Positions 12,097-25,300 of a stretch of DNA of 64,000 nt are shown here, one piece after another. Origin of the DNA: Eledone cirrhosa (Eukaryota); contig OZ024746.1 of NCBI GenBank assembly GCA_964016885.1, positions 22,258,001 to 22,322,000 of the forward strand, read 5' to 3'. The translations under genes were made by a program, and so were the position numbers. The notes beneath the pieces are model-generated. The model saw only the letters and a program-made list of their open reading frames with translations, ran no database searches and had not been told where the DNA came from. The first letter of the stretch is position 1. The number at the start of each line of letters is the position of its first letter.

Positions 12097-12926
12097 TCAT
12101 CATCATCATCATCAACGTTTAACGTCCGTGTTCCACGCTTGCATGGGTTTGGACGGGGGTAGTCCCACTTGAGGCAAGAGTGATTGTCTTGCTCGCATAG
12201 GACTGTCTGGCAGGTTTTCTACAGTTGGATGCCCTTCCTAACACCAACCACATTTACAGTGTGGGTCTGGGAGGTTTTTACCGTGTTGCCTACACGGCCA
12301 CATTACAGCGTGGACTGTGTGTTTTTTTGTCGTGACACCTACACGATCTCATTTGTTTCGGCCTCGATGGCGCGGCACCAACATAACTTTACATAGAACG
12401 GGGTGGTGTGGATCGGGTGGGGGTGGTGGTGGTGGGACGGGGTGTATTTTGTTAGAGATGCCTACTGGCTGGAGTAGGTTTTACTATATATTTAGGTAAG
12501 GCGGGTCTTCTCTGTTACTGAGTACCGCCAAAGGTCTCGGTCCAGTGACATTGTCTTGGAGAGGTGTAAGTGTGTGATGTCGGAGTTTATCAGCTCGTCC
12601 CAGGTTTTTCTAGGTCTGCCTATTCCGTGACTACCGTCTATCTTTATTGCCCTGAACTTTGTTATACAGCTATCGACTTTCATGCGCATCACGTGTCCAT
12701 ACCAACGTAGCCTTCTCTCGAGTAAACAACATCTGATCCCTCTTATCTCTAATTTTTTCCTTAGTTCGTTTATGCTTTGCCGTTCACGTATATTACTGTT
12801 ACACATCCAGCGGAGCATGCAAGCTTCGTTCCTCTCTAGTCTGCGTATATCCTCTGCACACAATGCCCAGGTCTCACTGCCATGCAGCATTGCTGTTCGT
12901 ATGCAGGCATCGTACAACCTGCCTTT

Positions 12927-12931
<5 letters not shown>
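12097..12931 (-). mobile_element. 5'-truncated young RTE-clade LINE
   Basis: KGRLYDACIRTAMLHGSETW...RRLRWYGHVMR...GRPRKTW...DRDLWR, then ~400 bp 3' UTR and a (GAT)n tail. Confidence 0.92.
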
Positions 12932-12962
<31 letters not shown>

Positions 12963-12964
<2 letters not shown>

Positions 12965-13161
12965 GTAGTTCCCGGGTTGAGTCGGGGATAACCACAGTAA
13001 GTAAGGTACTCAATACATGGCAGAGTAAATTTTTTTTATTTTATAGAAGGAACTTCTACAGGACTAGTACTGTTTCATTCAGATGAAATCTTCAGGAAGC
13101 TCCTGAAGATTTCATCTGAATGAAACAGTACTAGTCCTGTAGAAGTTCCTTCTATAAAATA
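12963..13161 (-). mobile_element. Fold-back PLE terminus (60 bp arms plus tail) with HHR core
   Basis: Near-perfect palindrome 13037-13161 containing CTGAAGA-TTTCATCTGAAT-GAAAC-AGTACTA-GTC. Flanked by (TA)n. Confidence 0.65.
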
Positions 13162-13267
13162 TATATATATACATGTGTGTGTGTGTGTGTATACATATTA
13201 TATATATATATATATGTGTATATATATATATATATGTGTGTGTGTATACATATTATATATATATATA

Positions 13268-13314
<47 letters not shown>

Positions 13315-13331
13315 GTATATATATATGTGTC

Positions 13332-13378
<47 letters not shown>

Positions 13379-13459
13379 ATATATATGTGTGAGTGATATA
13401 TATACGTTTATATATATATATACATATGTATGTATGTGTATATATATATATGTGTATAT

Positions 13460-13895
13460 ATACGATATTACCAAATGGAAACTATATTTATAAAACCATA
13501 TTTATTTCATTATACATATTTCAAGGACACCAAGTTAAATTATGGTGTGCTTTCATCAGATAAAATATAATATAGAGCAGTTTTATAAATAAATATTGAC
13601 ATACCCTTAAAGAATGCGACCATTACTATTGGGAGCTTCCAACAGAAATGGTTGCATTCTTTAAGGGTATGTCAATATTTATTTATAAAACTGCTCTATA
13701 TTATATTTTATCTGGTGAAAGCACACCATAATTTAACTTGGTGTCCTTGAAATATGTATAATGAAATAAATATGGTTTTATAAATATAGTTTCCATTTGG
13801 TAATATCGTATTTTTACTCCAATAATTTGTTGAGTGCTTTATATCAGTTATAAAAATATTTGCTTGTTGTATCCCAACAATTTAAATAGAACTTC

Positions 13896-13897
<2 letters not shown>
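13460..13897 (+). mobile_element. Fold-back PLE terminus (~170 bp arms plus ~85 bp tail)
   Basis: 13460-13811 is a palindrome. It lies in (TA)n and has an HHR motif in each arm. Confidence 0.75.
13505..13565 (-). ncRNA. Minimal type I hammerhead ribozyme
   Basis: UUUUAU-CUGAUGA-aagcacacca...uggugu ccuu-GAAA-U-AUGU-AUA-AUGAAA. Confidence 0.7.
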
Positions 13898-13948
<51 letters not shown>

Positions 13949-14010
13949 GCATATATATATATATAATATATACATATATACATATGTATGTATATACATA
14001 TATATATATA

Positions 14011-14615
<605 letters not shown>

Positions 14616-14629
14616 GTATGTATATATAT

Positions 14630-14985
14630 ATTATTCAAAATATTAATAAATGCCCCATTTACATAATCAAAATATATGTTTTAATATATATTTCGGAGGT
14701 ACTGTGCTGTTTTTTCAGTATGTCCTCATCAGATAAAATATATGAATTGATGTATGACATACTTCAACTGTGTAGATGGTTCAATTTCAGTCTTGGCAGG
14801 ACTGAAAAAACAGCACAGTACGTCCGAAATATATATAATAAAACATATATTTTGATTATGTAAATGTCTCCATTTATTAATATTTTGAATAATATTAATA
14901 ACTTCAGAAAACTTCTTTGTTGAGTGCTTTTATCTATTGTAAAACTATATTCATTGAGTAATCAATTAACCTTATTAACATTTGG

Positions 14986-14987
<2 letters not shown>
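14630..14987 (+). mobile_element. Fold-back PLE terminus related to 13460-13897
   Basis: Inverted arms 14630-14720 / 14800-14893. The minus arm has TTTTAT-CTGATGA-ggacatactg...cagtacctcc-GAAATATAT. Shares the tail TTTGTTGAGTGCTTT. Confidence 0.7.
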
Positions 14988-15017
<30 letters not shown>

Positions 15018-15678
15018 GTGGGAAAGTAAAAAATCGGAGAATAGACCGTTAAAACATGTTTATTTAAAACAGCACCTACGTACGTTTCGCCCAGTTGGGC
15101 TTCTCAAGGGCATAAATAATCAAAAGTGTTACTTATATTGCTCGGAAAGAGTTTTTGGGGTTAAATCCACATCAAGATTCATTGCTCGCAAAAATAGCTT
15201 GTTTTGATTTTGCAGCAGGTCAAGGGAGGTAACTCTGGCCGGTGTTAAGGCAGTCTTTCCCGGACAAATTTTTTTTTTTTTTTTTTTTTGCCGCATCTGT
15301 TTATCTGAGGCTGGGTCTGGTATGCAAGGATTGTTTCCTGGGTGTTATTTTGCAGCGCCTGCCCGCCGGGGTGTTAAGACTTGTTGCAGGGAGATCCGGT
15401 GTACGGTTTCACTCCTCATCCTTAACCCATCTGAAGAAGGATATTTTTAAGCGATGTGTACAACTTATCGCTGTTTCAGCTCTGCTGTTGATGAGCTCGT
15501 GGGGTGCAGTTATGATGTGGTAGAGCTCCATGAGGCAAAGATCGCATTTCCTCTTGAAGTTGTACGGTGCAGCCCTACCGACAATCTCCCAGTGCGTGGA
15601 GAAGCTGATGTTTAAGTCCTTTAGTGATGTGATGTAGTCCGCGAGCGAAGCGGAGTGCCTTAGTTTTCTATTTTCTAT
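15018..15678 (-). mobile_element. Penelope-like element 3' fragment (GIY-YIG C-terminus, 3' UTR, HHR)
   Basis: 15409-15678 reads RKLRHSASLADYITSLKDLNISFSTHWEIVGRAAPYNFKRKCDLCLMELYHII...INSRAETAISCTHR, homologous to the 50041-50418 ORF. Ends at (TA)n. Confidence 0.85.
15072..15111 (-). ncRNA. Minimal hammerhead, U3-A8 core variant
   Basis: GCCC-UUGAGAA-GCCCAACUGGGC-GAAA-C-GUAC-GUA-GGUGC. Confidence 0.7.
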
Positions 15679-15803
15679 ATATAAAATGTAATCTGAGTTT
15701 TTCGAATATTAATAATAACATTCGATTCGTTTGCAATTATGCAAACAAACCTCAATTTTATAGCCATGTCAGTAGAATGAACCCTCTTGTGTTGGCATGC
15801 AAA

Positions 15804-15875
<72 letters not shown>

Positions 15876-16317
15876 CACACACACATATATGTATTGCTGT
15901 TGTTGTCGTTGTTATCAACAGATCTACAGAACATAATTACTATTGGCTGTGGTGATGTGGTGGCTTTCGTGAAAGTAATGTAGTACACTAGGGTGATAAG
16001 TGGAAGTAGTTTTAAGAAGCTGTTACATCTGTTGGCATAAATAAGGGTGTATGGTTTATAACACTCTTAAACACCCACACAGACACACACAAACATATAT
16101 ACATACAAATACATGTGTGTATTTAGCATGTGTGAGTGTGTAGTTTGTTTTGTAGTGATGTGATATTGCTGCTAGGGAAAACGATTTATTTTCCCCAATC
16201 ATATTGATGTGAATTTACAAATGAACAAGTCACTGGTAAATTTTATAAGTCTTTATTGGCTGCATGATTTACTCCCAAATCAATGTGCAGTATAAAAACA
16301 GAAAAAGGTACATACAT

Positions 16318-16500
16318 AATTGTTTTTACTTTAGGCACAAGACCAGCAATTACCCAGTGCATTACTGGTACTTTATTTTATCGACCCCGTAAGGATGAAA
16401 GGCAAAGTCAACCTCGGTGGGATTTGAACTCAGATCGTAAAGGGACGTAACTATGCTGGAAAGCATGGCGTCCGACCCTCTACTGATACTGCCAATCCAC
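16318..16500 (-). mobile_element. Family A SINE, short variant
   Basis: Full-length reverse complement of the consensus. Confidence 0.85.
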
Positions 16501-16714
16501 TGAGTAGTGTGTTGATTGTGTGTGTGAAGGTAAAAATCTAAAAGTAGTGAATTCTACTAACCTTGAGCTAGCTAGCGAGTGTGTGTGTGTGTCTGTGTGT
16601 GGCTATATGACAAACTGTGTGAAGCTGAGCAAAGAAGCAGACTCCACATTCTAGAGTCATTCTAGAGTTTTCTTGTACTCAGTTTTTTTTTAGTTTATCC
16701 AAGCTCTGTCATTC

Positions 16715-17055
16715 TCTCGTAACATTCATCAAAGCATGCTTCAATTCTGTCAAACCTGCACATATCCTCAGCAGTCACTGCCCATATTTCAGAGCCATGG
16801 AGCATAGCATTTCACACACAGGTGACATACAACCAGCTTTTCATTTGGAAGGAGAAAATCTTTGTTATCAACAGAGGTAGTAGCTCCCTAAACTTCTTCC
16901 ATCCTATCTTTATTTTAGTTAATATGCTCTCAGAGCACTCTCCACCACTGCTAATTAAATCACCTAGATAGCAGAGTCTATTAACCACTTCAATGGATCC
17001 TTCCTGAAAAAAATTTATATCTTTGTCGCTGCTACTATCAATTAACCCTGAACAT
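16715..17055 (-). mobile_element. Older RTE LINE fragment
   Basis: CYLGDLISSGGECSESI...IGWKKFRELLPLL...MLHGSEIWAVTAED, homologous to the 40128-40688 ORF. Confidence 0.75.
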
Positions 17056-17057
17056 CT

Positions 17058-17262
17058 GCTGGAGCATGGAACAAACTACCTGCATCAGTTGTTAGCTGTC
17101 GAGACACTGCATCTTTTAAGGCCTCCATGCTTGCCGAGATCCGCCAACAGAACAGCTAACACATACACACATGTACTTCCCTGACATTTGTGTATTATTC
17201 TATGTACTATATTGACGAGTTGTAGTGCACCTGAGCACTTTACACAATAATTTCATTATTAT
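17058..17262 (+). mobile_element. CR1-like LINE 3' end
   Basis: Matches 22110-22370 (AWNKLPASVVSC.DTASFK) with the TTTCATTATT tail. Confidence 0.75.
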
Positions 17263-18198
17263 TTCATTGAGGTTGACTTTGCCTTTCATCCTTACGGGGT
17301 CGATAAAATAAAGTACCAGTAATGCACTGGGTAATTGCTGGCCTTGTGCCTAAAGTAGAAACAATTATTTCATTATTATCTTCTAGATACAGTCTTCCTT
17401 TCCTGTTAGTCTACCTGTTATCCCACTACATCTCTTGTGTACCCATAATTTACTTTGTGTACACCCATCAAAGCATGCATGTTTCATTTCTCTCCAGCCA
17501 GTGCATATGTTCTGCAGTCACTGCCCATCTTTCAGAGCTATGCAGCAAGAATGGTACAGTAATGCACCTCTCTGAAGTGTACACTCTAGGTAGGTGGTGA
17601 CCTTCTTCTTCACCCACTTCGTGGTCGTGGGGGGCAGAGTCCTCAAACACTCCTTCAAGCAGGTCCTGTCAGAAGAAATCATCTCCAATTGATTCAGCTG
17701 GATCCCTAAGTGTGACCAGCCAAACTCATGGATGTGGTGACCTAATTAGCCTTAATGGTAGACACAACCCTTGTTATAAAGTAGAATATGTTTTGAAAGT
17801 TTGACTATTTTATAGCTATGGTATACAGTATATGTTTATAGCAACAATTGTTCATTAATCATTTATAGCAGGATACCATGCAACCAGTCCTCGTCTTATC
17901 TTTAATCTTAATAAGCTATAGCTTAATGCTGCATACTTTCAGGTGTCTCATTCTTGAAAATATATTTATATTTTATCATTAGTTTTTATTCTTTAACACT
18001 AAATCATCAGAAATTATATCATTATCATCATCATCTCTGTTTAATGTCCATTTTTTCACGTTAGCATAGGTTAGACGAGTTATCCCATTGTGAGACAAGC
18101 CAAATAAGGTGACCGTATCTTGCTCATACAGAACTGATTTGGGCTTGGTTTCTATGGCTGGATGCCTTTCCTAATGTCAACCACATTTACATTAACCA

Positions 18199-18733
18199 TG
18201 TATAGCAGGATGCCATGGAGCATAGTAACAACAGTACAGTAAGTTAGGTATAGCAGGGTGCCATGTAGCATAGCAACAATAATACAGTAATCTGGGTATA
18301 GCAGGATGCCATGTAGTATAGCAACAATAATACAGTAATCGTGGTATATCAGGATGTCATATAGCATAGCAACAATAGTAGAGTAATCATGTATTGCAGG
18401 ATGCCATGTAGCATAGCAACAATAGTACAGTAATCGTGTATTGCAGGATGCCATGTAGTACAGCAACAATAGTACAGTAATCATGTATTGCAGGATGCTA
18501 TGTTGTATAGCAACAATAGTACAGTAATCATGTATTGCAGGATGCCATGTAGCATAGCAACAATAGTACAGTAATCGTGTATTGCAGGATGCCATGTAGC
18601 ATAGCAACAATAGTAGAGTAATCATGTATTGCAGGATGACATGTAGTACAGCAACAATAGTAGAGTAATCATGTATTGCAGGATGACATGTAGTACAGCA
18701 ACAATAGTACAGTAATCGTGTATTGCAGGATGC
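18199..18733. repeat. 47 bp minisatellite, ~11 copies
   Basis: Unit GCAGGATGCCATGTAGCATAGCAACAATAGTACAGTAATCGTGTATT. Confidence 0.95.
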
Positions 18734-19186
18734 AAGAAGAACTATAGTGGAGCTAAAAAGACTGGTTCACACTAGAAGCTTGTTCAATTTTTAGGTCAAT
18801 ATAGCGTGGGAAATATTCCTGTAATACTAAGAATGAAACACTTTTATGATTCTAGCTTTTGAAATCATCAAACAGACATACTGATAAATGAGCTGACACA
18901 TACATATGCATACACAGACACATGTACACAAGCACATAAACATATGTTTAAACACACACACAAATGTATTTATACATAAAACATAAATATTCAGGGGTAC
19001 ACATATACATACATTCACACACACACACACATATACATATACTCACACACACGTACGCACGTACTCACACACACGTACGCACGTACTCACACACACACAT
19101 ATACATATACTCACACACACGTACGCACGTACTCACACACACGTACGCACGTACTCACACACACGTACGCACGCACACACACACAC

Positions 19187-19219
<33 letters not shown>

Positions 19220-19771
19220 GACACACACATGCAGAGAGATAAAAGTACATATTCACATTTTTTATGGGCTTGAAGCTTGAGTAAGGTGGGGGACCCCTTC
19301 ACAACCAGTGACAATAGGCTAACAGTAAGGTGAGAATAGGAGAATAAGTTACTTCTGGAACTCCCTCAGTATAATTGGCTTTTCCACACCCACTGACAAT
19401 GGGACAATAGGAGAATAAGTTACCTTTGCAATCCCTCCCAGAGTAGGGGATCTTCAATTTTAACCTTTATTACTTTAATAGTAAATCCATAAACTGTATG
19501 TGTTTCAGTGTGTCAGCATGTTAGCACATGTTGCAAATTTCAAGCCAAGATTAAGGTACAGAAGCTAAGTCACATATGGCTTTCTTGATGGGGTTTTTTT
19601 TTTTTTTTTTTTTTTTTTTTAGTAAAATACTGCAACTTTATTTAGGAGTATATACTGTACATCTATGTAAATATACAGGCATATATTTTGTGGAACTAAC
19701 TCTATACCAAACTCATCCCTTAGACTGAGTGCTCTACCAGTTTCTGATATAACCTCCTGGTTTTTTAGCAT

Positions 19772-19811
<40 letters not shown>

Positions 19812-19814
<3 letters not shown>

Positions 19815-20155
19815 TTTGATGGATGTGCAATGTTAATGTAGGAGAACAACAGAGCCTGGATAAACTGAAAGAAAAATTGAGTATAAGAGAAATCAGAAGT
19901 AATGTGCATCAGAGAACACTGCATTGGTATGGACATGTGATGTGCATGGATGGTGATTGCTGGTGAGTACAAAGAAATCCCAGTGGAAGGAAGTCATTGT
20001 AGTGAAAAGCCAAAGAATACCTGGGATGAGGTGGTGAGAACTGTTCTCATAACATCTAGACTCACAGAGGTGATGATGCAGGATCACGATATGTGGAGAG
20101 ATACTGTGCTGAAAAGGACCCATCCAACCCATGCAAATGTGGAAAAATAGACACA
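19812..20155 (+). mobile_element. Older RTE LINE 3' fragment
   Basis: LHWYGHVM...KPKNTWDEVV...DMWRDTVLKRTHPTHA; decayed. Confidence 0.7.
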
Positions 20156-20974
20156 AACACGGTGGTGGTGGTGGTGGTGGTGGTTATGATAAATTATGAT
20201 GATGATGCTTCTATATTCTATTCTATCAATTATATTGGTAGCCATGTTTATATATATATGTCTTGTTAATGTCTTCTGGTCAGTCATCAATACCATTTAA
20301 TATATTCGGTGTTTATTGATAAACTCTGAGTAAATATTCCTGAATCAGTGTTGTTTATATTCATCAGGTTGTCAGTCAACAAAACTAACCTTCTTCTATT
20401 ATGGAGAAATTAAGTGTAACTCGTAGGCAAAATCAGTAGAGCGTCAAACTAAATGCTTTGTGGCATTCTGAATTTAAATCTTGCATTAAGTTAACATGCA
20501 TTAAGTTAAGTTGCATTAAGTTGCATGAAGTTAAGTCTTTCATCCTTCCATGGTCATCAAAATAAAATACCAGTTCACTACTGGGGTCAACATAATTAAT
20601 TTCCCTATACTCCAAAATTGCTGGCCTTGTGCTTAAATTAGAAATTGTTTTTAATAGTAAATTAAAGGTGGTCGTTTGGCAGAATTATTAGAACATTGGA
20701 TAAAATATATTGCAGTATTTTTTCAATCCCACCAAGGTCAACTTTATCTTTCACCATTCCAACGTTGATAATATGAAGTACCAGTTAAATACTAGGGTCA
20801 ATATAATTGACTTCCTGTCTCTCTCTCTCTCAAATTACTGGTCTTTTGTTTCAGTTAGACAACATTGTTATGAATAAATTGAGACTGTACGTAAGCGAGT
20901 TGTAGATTTCCTGGTGTCTGGGAGATCAGTAGCCCCACTTTAGTACTGGCTTGGTCTTAAGTGATGGTTAGATT

Positions 20975-21236
20975 GTGGGTTGGGTTAAATTGTGGGTGGT
21001 GTTGGTTTATGGATGGAGTTAGTTTATAGGTGGGTGGGGTTGGTTTGTGGGTGATGGTTAAATTGTGGGAGGGGTTGGTTTATGGGTGGCATTGGTTTGT
21101 GGGAGATGGTTTTATTGTGGGTAGGTTGGGTTAAATTGTGGGTGGGTTGGTTTATTTTTGGCGTTGGATTGTGGGTGGGGCTGGTTTATGGCTAATGGTT
21201 AGATTATGGGTGGGGTTGGTTTGATTGGGTTGGGGA
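20975..21236. repeat. Degenerate G/T-rich tandem repeat (GGGTTGGTTTxTGGGT-like)
   Basis: Visible directly. Confidence 0.7.
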
Positions 21237-21854
21237 CTAGATTGAAGCGACAAAGAACCAGAACTGATAACCCTTGACTTTGAGAAACAAAGTTGATTAG
21301 ATTTTATAGTTTATAAATCTTTTGATTCCTTAGTGGAGTTCCGAAAATAATACCATTAATTCATTTGGTGTGGAGAGAAGAAGAATCTTGTTTTTGGAAT
21401 CTTGTATTTTGTCTGAGAGTGATGAAGAGAGGGAGAAAGAGAATGTGTGTGTGTGTGAGAGAAAGAATGTATGTGTGTGTGTGAGAAAGAATGTATGTGT
21501 GTGTGTGAGAGAGTGGTAGGATGTGTGTGAGAGATAGAATGAGAAAGTGGTGGTGTTGTTTAGGCTACAAGCCAATCATAAAAAAAAGATGATATCACTT
21601 ATTGCTGTAGTATACTATAGAATAAATCTATAGCTTTCAGTTGGCACAGCTATAATCAACATCATCATCACCATCATCATCAACATTATCATCTTCGTCG
21701 ACATCACCATGCTCATCATCATTATCATCAACAACAACAACATTATCATCATCTTCATCATCGTCATTATCATCATCATCATCGTGATCTTTGTCATCAA
21801 CACTGCTATAGTATATTATAGTATATACCATCACTGATATAATACACATGCAAC

Positions 21855-22372
21855 CAAATGAATATTCCTCATCAAGCATCTACCATACTCTGAATACCTT
21901 GCATCCCTAGGCATGGATACATTAAAGCTCCAACATCTGGCAACTGACTTGGTAGACACCCACAAGATTATTAACCATCTTTCCCACAACAACCCTGGGC
22001 ACCTTTTTGAATGCCATATATCTAACACCCGTGGACATGCTTACAAAATCAGAAAACAGAACAGTTCCCATGACTTTCAGTCGGAAACATTTTTTCATGC
22101 TCAGAGTTGCTGAAGCATGGAACAAATTACCTGCATCAGTTGTTAGTTGTTGGGACACTGCATCCTTCAAAACTTCCATGTGTCTTGAAATTCGCCAACA
22201 CTACACCTGATATCCCCTGCCTCCATACATACATACGCATGTGTGTGTATCATGAATCATACACTGTTCACTTTCCTGACTTTTGTACATTATTCTAAGT
22301 ACTATACATGCACTTTTAATGAGATCTAGTGTACCTGAGAACACTGTACACAATAATTTTCATTATTATTTA
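21855..22372 (+). mobile_element. CR1-clade LINE 3' fragment
   Basis: LGMDTLKL..LATDLVDTHKIIN...SNTRGHAYKIRKQ...RKHFFMLRVAEAWNKLPASVV, across a frameshift. Confidence 0.85.
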
Positions 22373-25300
22373 TTATTTTATATACACTTATAGACTTTAG
22401 CCATCACTGCAATAATATATCATAGTACACGCCTATAGATTGTAGCCATCACACCAGGTGTGAACTAATCAAAATTAATTAGATAAATTGGACAGTGAGT
22501 ATTTGAAGCATTTATCATAAAAAAGTTTGATCAAATACATTACTGACATGATACCATCTCACATACCTGTCTCACCCCAACCCACCTTACTCTCCACATT
22601 CCTCCTCCACCCACGATAACCCTTGATGCACCTCCTCTGCTTTCACATGATCCTAACACATTATTCTCTATTCTCTACAAAGCTAAGTAGTGAAGTTTAT
22701 AGAATATAGCCATCCCAAGTTATGTCTTGTGATCTTCAATGGTTCTGTTGTAAACGGTGGCAGCAAATGAGAGCAGAATCTTTTGAATCATAGAATCCTA
22801 CTTACTGTTCTGTGACATATATATTATATACTGTATTCTGTACATATATTATATACTGTTCTGTATCTATCTCTCTTTCTCTATATATATATTATATACT
22901 GTGTATGTATATATATTATATATGTTATATATAATGTGATGTCAATAAACATCCCTGTGTCTATGTCACAATGTTTTTGCTACAATATATATATAGAAAC
23001 ATACAATGACATCAGATTTGTCTCTGTTGGAATTTATGATAGTTAATTACTGGTTGAGAGAAAAGATTTTAAACAAAGTAAACACTCAACAGATAGTTCC
23101 TTTGTAGAGATGAAAGAGATGAGAGAAATTTTTTTTTTAAATATATAAAAAAATAATTCTTAAACAATTTTTTTTTGGCATTGTACTGTTTTTTTTTGTT
23201 TAGATTTTTTTTTTTTTTTTTTAGTGGTGATGACCTATGACCTGAACAGACTGAAAAAATGTAGCTTAGAAAGGAACCCCTGGGCCCTGTTGAGAGTTTG
23301 ACAACCTCTTTGGTATTGGTACAATGATGAATGAATGCATCCAGTGCACTCTGTAAAATATTTGGCAGTTGAATGGAGACAATATAGGGTAGGGAAGACT
23401 TGTCCTCGTCAGTCTTACGGATTTCATGACAACCCCTTTAGTGTTGGTGCTATGGTAAAATGTACCCAGTACACTCTGTAAAGTGGTAGTGCTGGTGTCC
23501 CAATAAATTGCAGCCATTACAGTATGTAAAAAAGAAGTCTGGTTTCATGATAAAATGCACCCAGTACACTCTGTAAAGAGGTTGGCATTGGGAAGGGCAT
23601 CCAGCAGCAGAAATAATGCCAAATATGGAATGTATGAGTGAGATGTGGTTCTTCAACCAGTCTAGTCTTGAACTGTCAACCTGTCCAACCCCATGCCAGC
23701 ATGGAAAGAGAATATAAAATAATGATGTATCACTCCAGGTAGAAGAAGAAAATATGAAGTGGTGTAGTATTTGTATATATGACTGGTAGTATGAGGGTGG
23801 CTCAAGCAGGTCAGTTGGTATGTGCTACCATTTTGAGAGGGCCTACTCACTTTAGCTTCTAGTTACTTAATTCTCATCTGCTACATGTAAGCACATCATG
23901 TTCACTACATGTAACCCACACCTAGATTATATGTATCTCTTTCTGATTACTTGACCTAACCTGGACAAGTATTTTCGTAAACAGAGATAAATATATATAA
24001 TTTAGGTCAGGCCAATGTAACCCAATATAACCTGCTTCATGGTTGAGTAATAAGGAAACTAAACTGATTCCCCTACCAGACCCTGGTCTAATGAGATGGG
24101 TTAAATAACCTCACCAATCCACAGTTGACAGAGCATGGGGATTACAGCTACACACCTGACATGAACAAAACCAAACAGAAAGCAATGGAGATCAACCAGG
24201 GAGGGGTTCCTCTAATAGGAGTGGGAAGGCCTTGGATTGGATTGGACTAAAATACTTAACAAGCAGTTTGACATGAAGCCTATTTTTATATCTGACCTGG
24301 GCCTACTACCAGATGGAGAGGGGGGAAGCTATATTTTGTAACTGGCCAGTGCTTATTATCATCTTTTGGAACCTACATTTTACAGAAGACCTGGAGCTAT
24401 TACCAGCTTTGCGCAGGCCCAAGTATTTGAAGCTGTCAATAATATAAAAATGTTATATCCTGCCTAAATCATCCACCAATTTTATTACAAAATACATGTA
24501 CATTTACAATTGTTTTTTTTTTTTTACTATATTTGGAGATTTTGGGAACCAAAGATTTCTGGCAGAAGACATAGTCTCCCTTCTAGCCCATAAATCTAAT
24601 GAAGATTTCTCATGCAATTGAAAGGTGTCATATATTTTTTTATTTGATAGAAATGGAAGAGGCAGTTCTCATGGTCTTCAGAGGATTTCTGATATTGGTA
24701 TGATTGATGTTGATGTTACATTTAAACTGTTACAAATTAGGATCTGTAAGAAATATATGAGCAAATGGAGGAAATTCTAGAGACCTAACATTCTGGATAC
24801 AATAGATTGGGTGTAGAAGTTGGTGCAGATCTTGGGTAGTTAGTCACAAAATGGATGATGAGCAAGCTCTGAGGATCAGAAGGCATTGTAGTAGTAATGG
24901 AAAAGGTAGAAAGCAAGTAGACAGAATGGTAGACAGCATGTCTATGGACCAGAAGCTGGAATGTGTTGGTGAGTGACTTCATACCAATCAATCATGAGGC
25001 TTTTCTCTGCATATGGTAAAGGATATCTGTGTGTGGGAGTGAATCAACAACTCCCTCCCTATGTTGTAGAAGCAATTTTCCATTGTGGGTCTCTGTGGAG
25101 TAATACTCAATTTGGAGGCCTAGGATATATGTGTGTGTAGCAGTAACACTGTCATAGATGTGGGAGCATTACACTGTTGTGGGTCTAGGATTTTTGTGTG
25201 TGTAATAGCAGCACTGCCCCAGATGTAAGAGCAGTACTGTATTTTGGTCTAGGATGTCTGTCATAGGTGTAGCAGTACTCCATTGTGGTTTTTCACTAGA

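Noticed and set aside
13460-13811. Arm mismatches that look like A-to-G editing fixed by retrotransposition
   Set aside because: Only a couple of sites, and transitions including CpG decay are the expected neutral changes.
24690-25000. Highly decayed LINE-like 3' sequence on minus (LVHRHAV...FK.NIN)
   Set aside because: Suggestive of a CR1-group remnant but too degraded to delimit.
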